Positions 16,771 through 27,139 of a stretch of 64,000 bases of DNA are shown one piece after another. The notes under the pieces are model-generated. The model saw only the letters and a program-made list of their open reading frames with translations. It searched no databases and was not told the DNA's origin. How positions within the stretch are numbered: the stretch's first letter is position 1; each line of letters starts with the position of its first letter. The DNA comes from an uncultured Candidatus Binatia bacterium (GTDB lineage Bacteria > Desulfobacterota > Binatia > UBA9968 > JAJDTQ01): positions 3,712,001-3,776,000 of the forward strand of contig OZ243916.1 in assembly GCA_965213675.1 (NCBI GenBank), read 5' to 3'. Made by a program: the position numbers and the translations under genes.

Positions 16771-19392
16771 TCAACGAAGGCGCTCCAGGAAACTCTGCCC
16801 GAGACGCTTCCACAGCTTGCCGCCGTCGTCATCGGCCCGCGACCGCCTTTCCTCCGCGAGCTTGTTGAACATGTAGCGCACGAGCTGCGCCACGTCGGGA
16901 CGGATGGCGACGTCAGGGAAGCCGCCCGCTAGCCGGAAGGGCACACTGATTCCCTCTGCGTCGAAGAGGTAGCGTACGTTGCGGTAGCGGCCGCTCAGGT
17001 CGCGGGAGAACGCCGGCGACAGCACGAGGGTCGCCAACATATCCACCTCCCCATCCGGGTTCAGCGAGCCTTGGCCGACGATGCTGTAGTGGTCCGCGAC
17101 CAGGCGAATGTCGTCGCCGCGCACCGTGCCCTGGCGAATGGTGAAGCGGCTCGTCACGCTGTCGAAGGATGTCCGGTCGTCCTGGACCAGCGAGAGAAAC
17201 GCGGGTCCGGCGGTGTCGATGCGGTCGATCCCGTCCAGGGCGTCAAGCGCGGCGAGAACCCCGCGGACCGGATTGAAGCCGGCCAGGACACCCCGTTCGA
17301 GCGTCATGCGGCCGCGTCCGTCCAGGTTCCGGATGAAGGACGGCCAGTCCTTGCCCGCGCTGTGCAAACGGCCTTCGAAACCCACGTTTCCGTTGACCGA
17401 ATCCGCGGGCCAGGCGGGGAGGAACGCGAGGAGCCTGTTGACGTCCAGGTTCTCCCCGGTGGGGTGCAACTCGACGTCGAAGCCCTTCCCCCCGTTGCGC
17501 CTCGTGACCGCGCCGTGGCCCTGAATCGCGCCTCCCAGGGTCGCGACGGAAAACCGTTGCACGGTCAAGGCGTCCTGCGTCCAGTGCACGAAGCTCCGCA
17601 GGTCCTCGTAGGCGGCGCCGCCTGCCTGACCGCTGGTGGAGGCCAGATAGCCCCGCACCGAGACGAGGCCTCCGCGCACGTCGGCGGAGCCCTCGTGAAA
17701 GACATCGCTGAAGGAATGCGCCCGATGCGCGGCGTCGCCGGTCACGTCACCGAGATTCAGCAGGTCGGAATGGAGGCGGAAGTGCAGCGTGGGCCGGCTC
17801 AGGTTCACCAGCACCCCGTTCAGACGCATGTCCGACAGGCCCGAGCGCAGCCGAAGCTGGCGTATCTCGATGTCGTCGCCACCGAACGCCAATTCTCCCT
17901 GGAGCCCCTGCACCGTGCGGTTCTCTCCCGGCGGGCCGATGACGTGAACGTTGGTCAGGCCCAAACTGCCGTGGAGCGTCGGGGGGTCGGCGCGTGGCCC
18001 CAACCGTTGCCGTAGCGTCAGCCGGCCGCTCACGGCGCCGTCGAGCTGGTAGTCCCTGGCGGCCGGCACCATTCCCTGCCATCCCGCCAGCGACACGTCA
18101 TTGGCCTGAACATGGAGTTGAATCAAACGTTCCGGCTGCTCGATGATGGCGCCGGAGAACGGCAAGCGGGTGTTGTGGAGACGCGCCTCGGACGGGTCGA
18201 TCACGATGCGGTCCGGGCTTAGCCGCAGGTTCACGGCCAGACGGGCGGCGATTCCCGGCGCCTTGAGGAACCAGTCGCCGTACTGGATGGTATGGCCATC
18301 CGCCACCACGGTGACCCGGACCCTCAGATCGTCCAGCGGGCCCTCCAGCACGCTGGCGATGCGCAGTGGCTCGTGGACTCCCAGCCCCGCCGGCAGGAGG
18401 CGCTCCACCCAGGGCAACTGCCGGAGTGGGTCGAGGTGGACGGGTCCCAGGTGAAGCTCGCACCTGGCCCGCGCGCGACGCCACGAGGACCCTTTCGAGA
18501 AGTCCACGCTGCCGGTGAGGCGGGCGTTGTCCACGGCGGCGCCGAACAAGGCGCCGGTCACCTCCATGCTGGATACGCGCGGGCGGTCCATCCGCCCGGT
18601 CACCCGTGCGCCAATGGTCAGGGGGCCGGAGGGGCGCAGGTAGGCCGGAAAGTGTTGCCCGACCCACGTCCAGGCGCGCGCCACCAGGGGCTGCGGCAGC
18701 GACGTGGCGCGAACTTCCAGATCCACCTCGTTCCGGCTCCACGCCGAAAAGGGCGCCTCGGTGCCCACAAAGCCGGCGACGGAGAACGTGCGCGCGCTGT
18801 CCTCGGACAGCGCTCCGGTTGCCTCGACGCGGATGCGCTGGCCGCGCAGCCACTGGAGCGTTGCCGTCAGATCCCGCAGGCGCAGTTCTTCCGGCGTTTC
18901 CGAGGAGCGGTCCACCAGGTAGAGTCGGGCGTGCCGGACGTGAACCGCGGCGCCGTTCACGTCCGCTGCCTGGAGACTGGCCTTGAGCGGCCGCGCGGGT
19001 GAAAGGACGTTGATGTCGCCGTATTCGTTGCGGATGACCTGGATTTCCGGCTGGTCCAGGACCACGTCGGACACGGTGGGCGCGCCGGTCAGGAGGGACA
19101 GCCATCCCAGGGAGAGAGTCAGTTCGCGCGCACGGATCAAGGGTGTGGCCGCGAACCGCGGGTCGTCCGCGATGCGCAGATCCGTGACCGTGACGCCGAG
19201 ACTTCCCAAGCGTCCGAACAGACTCAGCCGTACGGACTCGAAGGCCACGTCGCGGCCCACCGCGTTGGCGATCTCCTGGCGGATGGCTTCCTTGCGGTTT
19301 TCCAGGAAGGCTTCCAGTCCCACCACCGCAACCCCGCTCAACACCACGGCGAGTGACAGGAAGACCAGAAATCTGGACGCCTTGCTTTTCAT
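16771..19392 (-). CDS. AsmA family (AsmA-like lipid-bridge) protein
   Basis: N-terminal TM anchor, beta-rich body, C-terminal LDGRGRMTLERGVL...FDSVTSRFTIRQGTV...VPFRLAG. Confidence 0.8.
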   Translation of the reverse strand: MKSKASRFLVFLSLAVVLSGVAVVGLEAFLENRKEAIRQEIANAVGRDVAFESVRLSLFGRLGSLGVTVTDLRIADDPRFAATPLIRARELTLSLGWLSLLTGAPTVSDVVLDQPEIQVIRNEYGDINVLSPARPLKASLQAADVNGAAVHVRHARLYLVDRSSETPEELRLRDLTATLQWLRGQRIRVEATGALSEDSARTFSVAGFVGTEAPFSAWSRNEVDLEVRATSLPQPLVARAWTWVGQHFPAYLRPSGPLTIGARVTGRMDRPRVSSMEVTGALFGAAVDNARLTGSVDFSKGSSWRRARARCELHLGPVHLDPLRQLPWVERLLPAGLGVHEPLRIASVLEGPLDDLRVRVTVVADGHTIQYGDWFLKAPGIAARLAVNLRLSPDRIVIDPSEARLHNTRLPFSGAIIEQPERLIQLHVQANDVSLAGWQGMVPAARDYQLDGAVSGRLTLRQRLGPRADPPTLHGSLGLTNVHVIGPPGENRTVQGLQGELAFGGDDIEIRQLRLRSGLSDMRLNGVLVNLSRPTLHFRLHSDLLNLGDVTGDAAHRAHSFSDVFHEGSADVRGGLVSVRGYLASTSGQAGGAAYEDLRSFVHWTQDALTVQRFSVATLGGAIQGHGAVTRRNGGKGFDVELHPTGENLDVNRLLAFLPAWPADSVNGNVGFEGRLHSAGKDWPSFIRNLDGRGRMTLERGVLAGFNPVRGVLAALDALDGIDRIDTAGPAFLSLVQDDRTSFDSVTSRFTIRQGTVRGDDIRLVADHYSIVGQGSLNPDGEVDMLATLVLSPAFSRDLSGRYRNVRYLFDAEGISVPFRLAGGFPDVAIRPDVAQLVRYMFNKLAEERRSRADDDGGKLWKRLGQSFLERLR

Positions 19393-19537
19393 GCGACGCA
19401 GCATCCCGGCCTTGCCACGGGACGACACCTCCTTCGTCCCGCGAGGCCGGCCATAAATCAATCAGGGGCTGGACGTCGAACCCGATCCAGCGACCGCCAC
19501 TCTTCTCTTGTTCCCATGAGGCATTTCCGTCCCCCGG

Positions 19538-20743
19538 TCAAGAGTCCGCGCGTTCCACAATGGTGGCGATGCCCTGTCCCACGCCGATGCACATGGTGGC
19601 CATGCCGTAGCGGCTGCCGCGCCGGCGCATCTCGTGGACAAGGGTGGTCATGATGCGCGCGCCGCTGCAGCCCAGCGGGTGGCCGAGGGCGATGGCCCCG
19701 CCGTTGACGTTGACCTTGTCGGGGTCGAGCCCCAGTTCCTGGATGCACGCCAGGGACTGCGACGCGAAGGCCTCGTTCAACTCCACCAGATCCAACTGGT
19801 CCGCGGTCAGTCGCGCGCGCTCCAGCGCCTTGCGGCTGGCCGGAATCGGGCCGATGCCCATGAAGGCCGGGTCCACGCCCGCCACCGCCGATGCCACGAT
19901 GCGCGCCACCGGCCTGAGCTTGAGCGCGTCCGCGCGTTCGCGCGACGCCACGAGCAGCGCCGCCGCGCCGTCGGACAGGGGCGAGGAGTTCCCCGCGGTC
20001 ACGGTGCCATTCCGGGCAAAGGCCGGGCGCAGGGCGGCGAGCTGCTCCAGGCTGGTGTCCGGCCGCGGTCCTTCGTCCCGGCTGTGCACCACCGGATCGC
20101 CGCGCCGTCGCGGCGCCGCCACCGGAATGATCTCGTCGTCGAGCCGGCCCGCCTCCTGGGCCGCCACCGCGTTGCGATGGCTCTTGAGGCCGAAGGCGTC
20201 CTGTTGCTCCCGGCCCACCGCGTATTTCTCCGCCACGTTCTCGGCGGTCTCGCCCAGGCTGACGAGGGGGTACATCTCCCCCATGCGCGGATTCGGAAAG
20301 CGCCACCCGAGCACGCTGTCGTAGACCGTGACCTCACCGCGGGCGAAGGGCACCGCTCCCTTGGGCATCACCAGCGGCGCGCGGGTCATCATCTCGACGC
20401 CGCCGGCCACGAACAGGTCGCCTTCCCCGGCCGCCACCGCGCGCGCGGCCTGATTGATCGCTTCCAGCCCGGACCCGCACAGGCGGTTCACCGTGGCGCC
20501 GGGAACCGAATCGGGAATGCCCGCCAGAAGCGAGGCGTTCCGCCCCACGTTGCGGCAATCCTCGCCGGCCTGGTTGGTGCAGCCGAGGATCACGTCCTCG
20601 ATGGCGGCCTTGTCGATGTCGTTGCGGGCGATGAGCTTGTCGATGATGTGCGCCGCGAGATCATCCGGCCGGATGTCCTTGAGGATGCCGCCGTAGCGCC
20701 CCATGGGGGTGCGGGCGGCGTCGATGATGACGGCTTCTGGCAT
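19538..20743 (-). CDS. paaJ: Acetyl-CoA C-acyltransferase (PaaJ/PcaF-type thiolase)
   Basis: [37 protein letters not shown]. Confidence 0.85.
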   Translation of the reverse strand: MPEAVIIDAARTPMGRYGGILKDIRPDDLAAHIIDKLIARNDIDKAAIEDVILGCTNQAGEDCRNVGRNASLLAGIPDSVPGATVNRLCGSGLEAINQAARAVAAGEGDLFVAGGVEMMTRAPLVMPKGAVPFARGEVTVYDSVLGWRFPNPRMGEMYPLVSLGETAENVAEKYAVGREQQDAFGLKSHRNAVAAQEAGRLDDEIIPVAAPRRRGDPVVHSRDEGPRPDTSLEQLAALRPAFARNGTVTAGNSSPLSDGAAALLVASRERADALKLRPVARIVASAVAGVDPAFMGIGPIPASRKALERARLTADQLDLVELNEAFASQSLACIQELGLDPDKVNVNGGAIALGHPLGCSGARIMTTLVHEMRRRGSRYGMATMCIGVGQGIATIVERADS

Positions 20744-20787
20744 GGTGTCCCTCTCCGCGGCGAAGGCCCGGCCTCCGCCTCGCACTG

Positions 20788-21528
20788 TCAAACGCCAGGC
20801 TCTCCGTGGCGGTAGAATCCCCGGCCCGCGCCTTCGCCCAGGCGGCCGGACAGCACCATTTTCCTCAACAGCGGCGCTGGACGGTAGCGGTCGTCGCCGG
20901 TCTCCTCCAGGAGCCCTTCGAGGACCGCCAGCACTTCGTCGAGGCCGATCTCGTCGGCCCAGCGCAGCGGACCCTGGGGATAGTTGGTGCCCAGCCGCAG
21001 GGCGATGTCGATTTCCTCGGCGGTGGCGACCCCTTCGTCCAGGCCGCGAACGGCTTCGTTGATGATAAGGCTCAGGATGCGCGGGAACACGAGGCCGGGC
21101 GCGTCCTTAACGACAGCGCTCGCCTTGCCCAGGCTTTCCACCAGGGCGGTGGCCGCTGTCATGGCCTCGCCGGCGGTGTCGAGCCCGGGCGCCAGTTCGA
21201 TGACGTTGCGGCGGGCCAGCGGATGAAACGTGGCGAAGCCGACGACCCGCTCCGGCCGGCGGCTCCAGGATGCCAGCGTCGTGGTGGACCCGCGCAGGCA
21301 GGAGGTGAGAACGAGCGCGGCGCCCGGCGCGGCCTCGTCCGCCTCCCGCAGGACGCGGCGCTTGTCTCCGAGGGGGTGGGCGAGGGTGTCGACGATGACC
21401 TCGGCGGCCGGGTCGATCTCGTCCGGGCGCGCGCACCGCGCCGCGTTCAGGCCGTTGTCCCGCGCCAACTGGTACAGGTCCTCCGCCACGCGGTTGCCGC
21501 CAAGGATCGCGACGCTATTTGGACTCAT
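20788..21528 (-). CDS. 3-hydroxyacyl-CoA dehydrogenase family protein, degenerate, resembling the C-terminal half of PaaH
   Basis: [42 protein letters not shown]; degenerate Rossmann motif. Confidence 0.8.
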   Translation of the reverse strand: MSPNSVAILGGNRVAEDLYQLARDNGLNAARCARPDEIDPAAEVIVDTLAHPLGDKRRVLREADEAAPGAALVLTSCLRGSTTTLASWSRRPERVVGFATFHPLARRNVIELAPGLDTAGEAMTAATALVESLGKASAVVKDAPGLVFPRILSLIINEAVRGLDEGVATAEEIDIALRLGTNYPQGPLRWADEIGLDEVLAVLEGLLEETGDDRYRPAPLLRKMVLSGRLGEGAGRGFYRHGEPGV

Positions 21529-22378
21529 AGTGGTAGAAGCCTTTGCCGGTCTTGCGTCCCAGGTGGCCGGCGAGATACAGCTTCTGCTGCAATGGGCTGG
21601 GACGGAAGCGCGGATCCTCGAAGAACGCGCGGTACAGGGTCTCGGTGGCGGTGAAGTTGATATCGATGCCGATGAGGTCCTGCAACTCGAACGGCCCCAT
21701 GCGGAACCCGCCGGCTTCGCGCATGATCCGGTCCACCGTTTCCACGTCGGCGCCGCCGTCGCCCAGGATGCGCAGCGCCTCGTTGTAGAAGGGGCGCGCG
21801 ATGCGGTTCACGATGAACCCGGGCGTGTCCTTGGTACGCACCGGTGTCTTGCCGAAGCGGCGGGCGATGTCCATGGCCTTGGTCACGGTGGCGTCGCTGG
21901 TGAGTTCTCCCTGCACGACCTCCACCAGCGCCATGAGCGGCGCCGGGTTGAAGAAGTGGGTGCCCAGCACCCGCGTGGCGTCCTTCACCGCGCCGCCGAT
22001 GGCGGTGACGGACAACGATGAGGTGTTGGTGGACAGCAGGGTTTCGGGCGCGCACGCGCCCTCGAGCTTCTGGAACAACTCGCGCTTGACCGAGAGGTTC
22101 TCGGTGGCGGCCTCGATGACCAGGACGGCGTCGGACAGATCCTCCAGCGCGAGGGATCCCTGGAGGCGCGCCAGGATGCGCGCTTCCTCCTGTGCGTCGA
22201 TGGTTCCCTTCTCGCGGCTGCGGCCGATGAAGCCCCGAATGCGTCCGAGGCCGCGGTCGACGAACTCTTGGGCGATGTCGTACACGACGCACTCGAATCC
22301 GCCCTGGACCGCCACCTGGGCGATGCCCGCGCCCATGGTGCCGGCGCCGATCACCCCGATCTTGTTGTCGTTGACCAT
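21515..22378 (-). CDS. paaH: 3-hydroxyacyl-CoA dehydrogenase, resembling the N-terminal half of PaaH
   Basis: GVIGAGTMGAGIAQ, TNTSSL, HFFNPAPLM, DTPGFIVNR, GPFEL, GRKTGKGFY. Confidence 0.85.
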   Translation of the reverse strand: MVNDNKIGVIGAGTMGAGIAQVAVQGGFECVVYDIAQEFVDRGLGRIRGFIGRSREKGTIDAQEEARILARLQGSLALEDLSDAVLVIEAATENLSVKRELFQKLEGACAPETLLSTNTSSLSVTAIGGAVKDATRVLGTHFFNPAPLMALVEVVQGELTSDATVTKAMDIARRFGKTPVRTKDTPGFIVNRIARPFYNEALRILGDGGADVETVDRIMREAGGFRMGPFELQDLIGIDINFTATETLYRAFFEDPRFRPSPLQQKLYLAGHLGRKTGKGFYHYESK

Positions 22379-22392
22379 GGCTTGATTCCGGC

Positions 22393-23175
22393 CTACTCGC
22401 CCTTGAATACCGGGGTTCGCTTCTCCATGAAGGCGCGCACGCCCTCGTCGTAGTCGGCGGTGCGTCCGGCGATCTCCTGGGTGCAGGCCTCGTACTCGAG
22501 CTGCGCCTCCAGCTCGGCGTACATGGAGCGGTTGAGGGTACGCTTGATCAGGCCGGCGCTGCGCGGCGCCCGCGCCAGGCGCCCGGCCATGGCGCGGGCC
22601 TCCGCAGCCAGCGCCGCCACGGGCACCACCTTGGTCACGAGGCCGTAGCGCAGCGCGTCCCGGGCCTCCAGCGGCTCGCCCAGAAGGAACAACTCGGTGG
22701 CCTTGCTCAAGCCGATGAGCCGGGGCATGAAGTAGCTGCCGCCGCAGTCGGGGCCCAGGCCCACGCGCACGAACGCCTCGATGAAGCGCGCGTTCTCCGA
22801 GGCGATGCGCAGGTCGCACGCCAGCGTGAGGTTGCAGCCCGCCCCCGCGGCCACGCCGTTGACGGCGCAGAGCACGATCTTCTCGGTTCTGCGGATGGCC
22901 AGGATGATGGGGTTGTAGCGCTCCCTCAGCGATTCGCCCAGGGAGCCCTTCCTGTCCGGGGAACGCTCCTTCAGGTCCTGACCGGCGCAGAAGGCGCGCT
23001 CGCCTGCGCCGGTGAGCACGAAACAGCGCACCGCCTTGTCGCGGTTGCCGTCCTTGAGCGCGTCCAGCAACTCGCGGTTCATTTGCGGGGTGAAGGCATT
23101 GAGCGCTGCCGGGCGGTTCAGCGTGAGGGTGGCGACCCCGTCCTGCTTGTCGTAGAGGATCGTCTCGTAGCTCAT
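22393..23175 (-). CDS. paaG: Enoyl-CoA hydratase/isomerase, PaaG-like
   Basis: FCAGQDL, NGVAAGAGCNL and GLGPDCGG (Asp at the PaaG catalytic position). Confidence 0.8.
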   Translation of the reverse strand: MSYETILYDKQDGVATLTLNRPAALNAFTPQMNRELLDALKDGNRDKAVRCFVLTGAGERAFCAGQDLKERSPDRKGSLGESLRERYNPIILAIRRTEKIVLCAVNGVAAGAGCNLTLACDLRIASENARFIEAFVRVGLGPDCGGSYFMPRLIGLSKATELFLLGEPLEARDALRYGLVTKVVPVAALAAEARAMAGRLARAPRSAGLIKRTLNRSMYAELEAQLEYEACTQEIAGRTADYDEGVRAFMEKRTPVFKGE

Positions 23176-23945
23176 TTTCCCTTGAATTCGGGCTTGCGCT
23201 TGTCGAGGAACGCGGTCATGCCCTCGCGGCGGTCCTCGGAGGCGAACAGTGTGTAGAAGGACTTGCGTTCGAACGCCAAGCCTTCGTCCAGGGGCGTGTT
23301 GGCGGCCTTGAGGATGGCTTCCTTGGCGAAGCGGACGGCGATGGGCGGCTTGCGCGCGATGGTGTGGGCCATACCCCTGGCCTCGTCCAGCAGCACCTCC
23401 GCCGGCACCACCTTGTTCACCAGCCCGCACCGCTCGGCCTCGGCCGCGTTCATGAACCGGCCGGTGAGCACCAGCTCCATGGCCTTGTGCTTGCCCACCA
23501 GGTGGGTGAGCCGCTGGGTGCCTCCGGAGCCCGGGATGACCCCCAGGTTGACCTCGGGCTGGCCGAATACGGCCGTTTCCGAGGCGATGATGATGTCGCA
23601 GCTCATGGCCAGCTCGCAGCCGCCGCCCAGGGCGAAGCCGCTCACTGCGGCGATGACCGGCTTGGCGAGGTGGTTCAGGCGGTCGCGCAGCATCAGGCGG
23701 TCGTGCGCCGTGCCCGCGAACGGAGTGGCCTGGACCATCTCGTTGATGTCGGCGCCCGCGGCGAACGCGCGCTCGCCGCCGGTGATGATGAAGACGCGCG
23801 CGGAGTCGTCGCGGTCGAGTTCCTCGAAGGCCGTGCACAGGTCCTTGCACAGGCCGTAGGAGAGTGCGTTGAGTTGTTTCGGGCGGTTGAGCGTGGCCAC
23901 GACCACGGGGCCGTCGCGTTCCAGGGTGATGTTGTCGAAGGTCAT
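23172..23945 (-). CDS. paaF: Enoyl-CoA hydratase, PaaF-like
   Basis: FAAGADI, GFALGGGCEL, GQPEVNLGVIPGSGGTQRL. Confidence 0.8.
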   Translation of the reverse strand: MTFDNITLERDGPVVVATLNRPKQLNALSYGLCKDLCTAFEELDRDDSARVFIITGGERAFAAGADINEMVQATPFAGTAHDRLMLRDRLNHLAKPVIAAVSGFALGGGCELAMSCDIIIASETAVFGQPEVNLGVIPGSGGTQRLTHLVGKHKAMELVLTGRFMNAAEAERCGLVNKVVPAEVLLDEARGMAHTIARKPPIAVRFAKEAILKAANTPLDEGLAFERKSFYTLFASEDRREGMTAFLDKRKPEFKGK

Positions 23946-24135
23946 GCTACGTCGCAGATATACACCATGGGTCGGGCGGTTTCAACGCGAGTCCCGGGCG
24001 GCTGCGCCCGTGTCGGTCCGGTCCGTGGGCATGATTGGATGCGGAGGATCTCGGGGTCCCCGCGCCTGCCTGCGGCGCGGCGAACCTGGATGATTTCGTT
24101 GACTTGGACATTTCGATCTGACAGGAACGGTGTTC

Positions 24136-24822
24136 ATGCCGAACGGTTCTGAATCGCGCACTGCCCACCACGACGAGAAGCTGCGTCAGATCCTCAAGAC
24201 CGCCGCCGGGATTTTTGCGGAGAAGGGGTTCGACGGCACCTCCATCCGCGACATCAGCCGGGCCACGGGAATGAGTCTGGCAGGCCTCTATTACTATTTC
24301 CGCACCAAGGAAGAGTTGCTGTGCCTGATCCAGGAGCGCTGCATGGAGACCTTGCTGGAGAACGCGCGCAAGATTCGGACGATGCCGAAGAGTCCGCGCG
24401 AAAAGGTTGCCTTGTTCGTCCACAACCATCTCGGTTTCTTTCTTCACAACATGAATGAGATGAAGGTCATGTCCAGGGAGGACACGGCGCTGACGGCGGA
24501 CTACGAGAAACGCGTTCTCGAGTTGAAGCGGCACTACGTGAAAGCGCTGGTGGACTTGGTGGAGGAACTGCAACAGCAGGAGGGCGCGCCCAAGCTCAAC
24601 GTTCGCGTGGCGGCGCTGGCGCTCTTCGGCATGATGAACTGGGTGTACACTTGGTACAATCCCAGCCGGGACCCCTCCCTCGGGGAGCTCATCGAACAGG
24701 TTCTGCACATCTTCTTCTTCGGCGTGCTCCACGGGAAGGCGGAGGATCAGGCGGCGGAGGAGCATCTCCGCCGGTCTTTCCTGCCCGAGGACAAGAGTTT
24801 TGCGCTGTGGCCCGGGTCGTGA
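24136..24822 (+). CDS. TetR/AcrR family regulator (KstR2/PaaR-like), divergent from the beta-oxidation cluster
   Basis: FAEKGFDGTSIRDISRATGMSLAGLYYYFRTKEEL; C-terminal GMMNWVYTWYNP. Confidence 0.9.
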   Translation: MPNGSESRTAHHDEKLRQILKTAAGIFAEKGFDGTSIRDISRATGMSLAGLYYYFRTKEELLCLIQERCMETLLENARKIRTMPKSPREKVALFVHNHLGFFLHNMNEMKVMSREDTALTADYEKRVLELKRHYVKALVDLVEELQQQEGAPKLNVRVAALALFGMMNWVYTWYNPSRDPSLGELIEQVLHIFFFGVLHGKAEDQAAEEHLRRSFLPEDKSFALWPGS

Positions 24823-24890
24823 GTGGGTGCGGGGTCGGTGATTCGTGGGGTAAATCGCCGGTGGGGTGTGGGTGAGCCGGGCGCCGCGGA

Positions 24891-25021
24891 GTGGGCGGCG
24901 TCTCTGAAATCAGAAGACGCTCCTGCGGGGGTGTGCATCGTGCACCGCTCAGGCCAAGGGGTGGATCGGGGCGGTGGCTTGCGCCCGCCCGGCGTCAACA
25001 GATTTTAGAGACGCCGCCCAC
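24891..25021. mobile_element. 131-bp MITE-like element with 21-bp terminal inverted repeats
   Basis: GTGGGCGGCGTCTCTGAAATC...GATTTTAGAGACGCCGCCCAC (1 mismatch), intergenic, no coding capacity. Confidence 0.65.
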
Positions 25022-25031
25022 CCGGCTCCAT

Positions 25032-25145
25032 GTGTCGTGTCCCGTAAATTCCTGCGACCAGTTGCGCAGGAATTTTTTTTGTTGTCGGCAAGGCGCGATG
25101 ACGACCAGTGGCGGTTACCACGCGAGGAAGAGCAACGCAGCCGGT
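25032..25145. mobile_element. Probable degenerate MITE remnant beginning GTGTCGTGTCCCGTAAATTC
   Basis: End resembles the CTAGTGTGGTGTC motif found elsewhere in the window; the other end is missing. Confidence 0.4.
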
Positions 25146-25150
25146 GGACG

Positions 25151-25780
25151 TCAGGCGGCGGCGCTGGGGCGTTGGCTGACGCGGTGGTGCCAGTCGGCGG
25201 CGCGGTGGCACTCGGGAGGCAGGGTCATCTTGATCCAGCCGGCGAAGTCCACGGCCACCTGCGCGGTGATGTCGGCGATGGTGTAACGTTCGCCGGTGAC
25301 GAAAGGGCCGTGGGCGAGTTGCCTGTCCAGGGCGGCGAAGAAGCGCTCGACGCGGGCGCGGCCGCGTGACACGAGCTCGGGGATCTGTTCGGCGCCGTCC
25401 GGGCCGGTGAGGGCGCGCCCCTTGAGCCCTCGGGCCTGGTTCCTGAACGCTTCGGTGACGGCGAGGAAGCCGTCGATCTCGAAGCGGTGTTCCCACATGG
25501 CCACCTGCGCGCGGTCGCGCGCGTCCACGCCCATGAGCGGCGGCTCAGGGTGAACTTCCTCCAGATAGCGGCACACGGCGACGGCTTCGCTGACGGTGGC
25601 GCCGTCGTCGAGTTCCAGGACGGGGACCGTGCACCAGGGGTTGAGCCTGCGGAACGGTTCCGTGAGGTGCTCGCCGTTGCGCAGGTCCACCTCGACGGTG
25701 GGAATGTCCAGGCCCTTTTCGGCGATGAAGATGCGCACGCGGCGCGGGCTCGGAGCGGAGCGGCAGTCGTGAAATTTCAT
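25151..25780 (-). CDS. Glutathione S-transferase family protein
   Basis: APSPRRVRIFIAEKG, LNPWCTVPVLELDDG, SEAVAVCRYLE, YTIADI. Confidence 0.92.
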   Translation of the reverse strand: MKFHDCRSAPSPRRVRIFIAEKGLDIPTVEVDLRNGEHLTEPFRRLNPWCTVPVLELDDGATVSEAVAVCRYLEEVHPEPPLMGVDARDRAQVAMWEHRFEIDGFLAVTEAFRNQARGLKGRALTGPDGAEQIPELVSRGRARVERFFAALDRQLAHGPFVTGERYTIADITAQVAVDFAGWIKMTLPPECHRAADWHHRVSQRPSAAA

Positions 25781-25787
25781 CGGATCC

Positions 25788-27089
25788 TCATGCCGGACTA
25801 CGGGTGGAAATACCGTACTGCCGGAGGGTGGTCGCCATGGTCGGGCGGCCGAGCCGGATGCGGCCGTCGTTCAAGAGATACGAAAACAGGTACCCGGCGC
25901 CAAGCATCAGGATGCCGATGAGGAAACAGTACATGACCGCGCGATCCGGGTAGGAGTCCTTGAGGTAGCCCACGTAGAGGGGTCCGCAGATGCCCGCGGC
26001 GGCCCAGGCGGTAAGCACGAAGCCGTACATTCTGGACATTTTCTCGGCCCCGAAGACATCGAGGACGTAGGGCGGCATGATGGCGAAGCCGCCGCCGAAG
26101 CAGAGCAGAACGTAGCAGACCAACGCCGAGAAGACCCACGGGTTCTCTTCGGTCATGAGGACCCCGAACACGACCATCTGGCTGGCCAGCAGGATGCGGA
26201 ACACGTGGACCCGGCCGATGCGATCAGACAGGAGTCCCCAGAACAGTCGCCCCACCCCGTTGCACACGGAACTGGCGGCGATGAGCGTGGCGCCGTACTC
26301 TGCCAGCACGACCGGCTCGAGGGTGGGGTCGGCGATGCCCCAGACCTCCTGCAGGAGTTCCGACTGGAAACTGATGACGGAGATGCCGGCGGCGATGTTG
26401 AAGAAGAATACGGTCCACATGATGAGGAACTGGGTGGACGTGAGGTAGGGCAGGGTCGTCGCGGGTTCGTCCGAATCCAAGCGGCTGGCGAAGCTGCCCG
26501 GGGCACGGATCGGTGGTACGGGGTTGCTCAGGGCGAGGCTGCAAGGCAGCAGGATGCAGGCGAACAGGATTCCCAGCCACAGGAAGACCAGGGCCAGGTC
26601 GCCCTCGGTGCGCAACACCAGGAAGGGAGCCAGCCCCTTGCTCAGGAGCAGCGCGCCGATGCCGAAGCCCATGACGACGATACCGGTCACCAGCCCCCTC
26701 TTTTCGGGGAACCACTTGGCCACCGTGGCCACCGGGGTCACGTAACCCAGTCCGATGCCGGCGCCGCCGATGACGCCGTAACCGAGATAGAACAGCGGCA
26801 GGTAGTCGAGCCGGAGCGCCGCGCTGGCAATGATGTAGCCGCCGGAGAACATCAGGCTGCCGGTGAGCGCCAGACGCCGGGGGCCGAGCCGCCCCAGCGC
26901 GGAGCCCGCCCAGGCCGCGGACGTCCCCAGGGAAAAGATGGCGATGCTGAAGGCCCAGGCGGTTTCGGTGTGGGTCCATCCCGACTGATGCACCAGCATG
27001 GTCTGGAAAAAGCTCCAGGCGTAGACCGTCCCGAAGCATATCTGCAGCAGCGTGCAGAAAAACGCGATGGCGACTCGGTGAATGCGCAT
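25788..27089 (-). CDS. OFA (oxalate:formate antiporter-like) MFS transporter
   Basis: GTVYAWS, GYGVIGGAGIGLGYVTPV, KWFPEKRGLVTG, NGVGRLFWG, YGFVLTAW. Confidence 0.9.
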   Translation of the reverse strand: MRIHRVAIAFFCTLLQICFGTVYAWSFFQTMLVHQSGWTHTETAWAFSIAIFSLGTSAAWAGSALGRLGPRRLALTGSLMFSGGYIIASAALRLDYLPLFYLGYGVIGGAGIGLGYVTPVATVAKWFPEKRGLVTGIVVMGFGIGALLLSKGLAPFLVLRTEGDLALVFLWLGILFACILLPCSLALSNPVPPIRAPGSFASRLDSDEPATTLPYLTSTQFLIMWTVFFFNIAAGISVISFQSELLQEVWGIADPTLEPVVLAEYGATLIAASSVCNGVGRLFWGLLSDRIGRVHVFRILLASQMVVFGVLMTEENPWVFSALVCYVLLCFGGGFAIMPPYVLDVFGAEKMSRMYGFVLTAWAAAGICGPLYVGYLKDSYPDRAVMYCFLIGILMLGAGYLFSYLLNDGRIRLGRPTMATTLRQYGISTRSPA

Positions 27090-27139
27090 ATCCTTGGAAA
27101 TGCCGGGGCGCCCGGTGGTCGCCCTTGGGCCGGGCGCCC

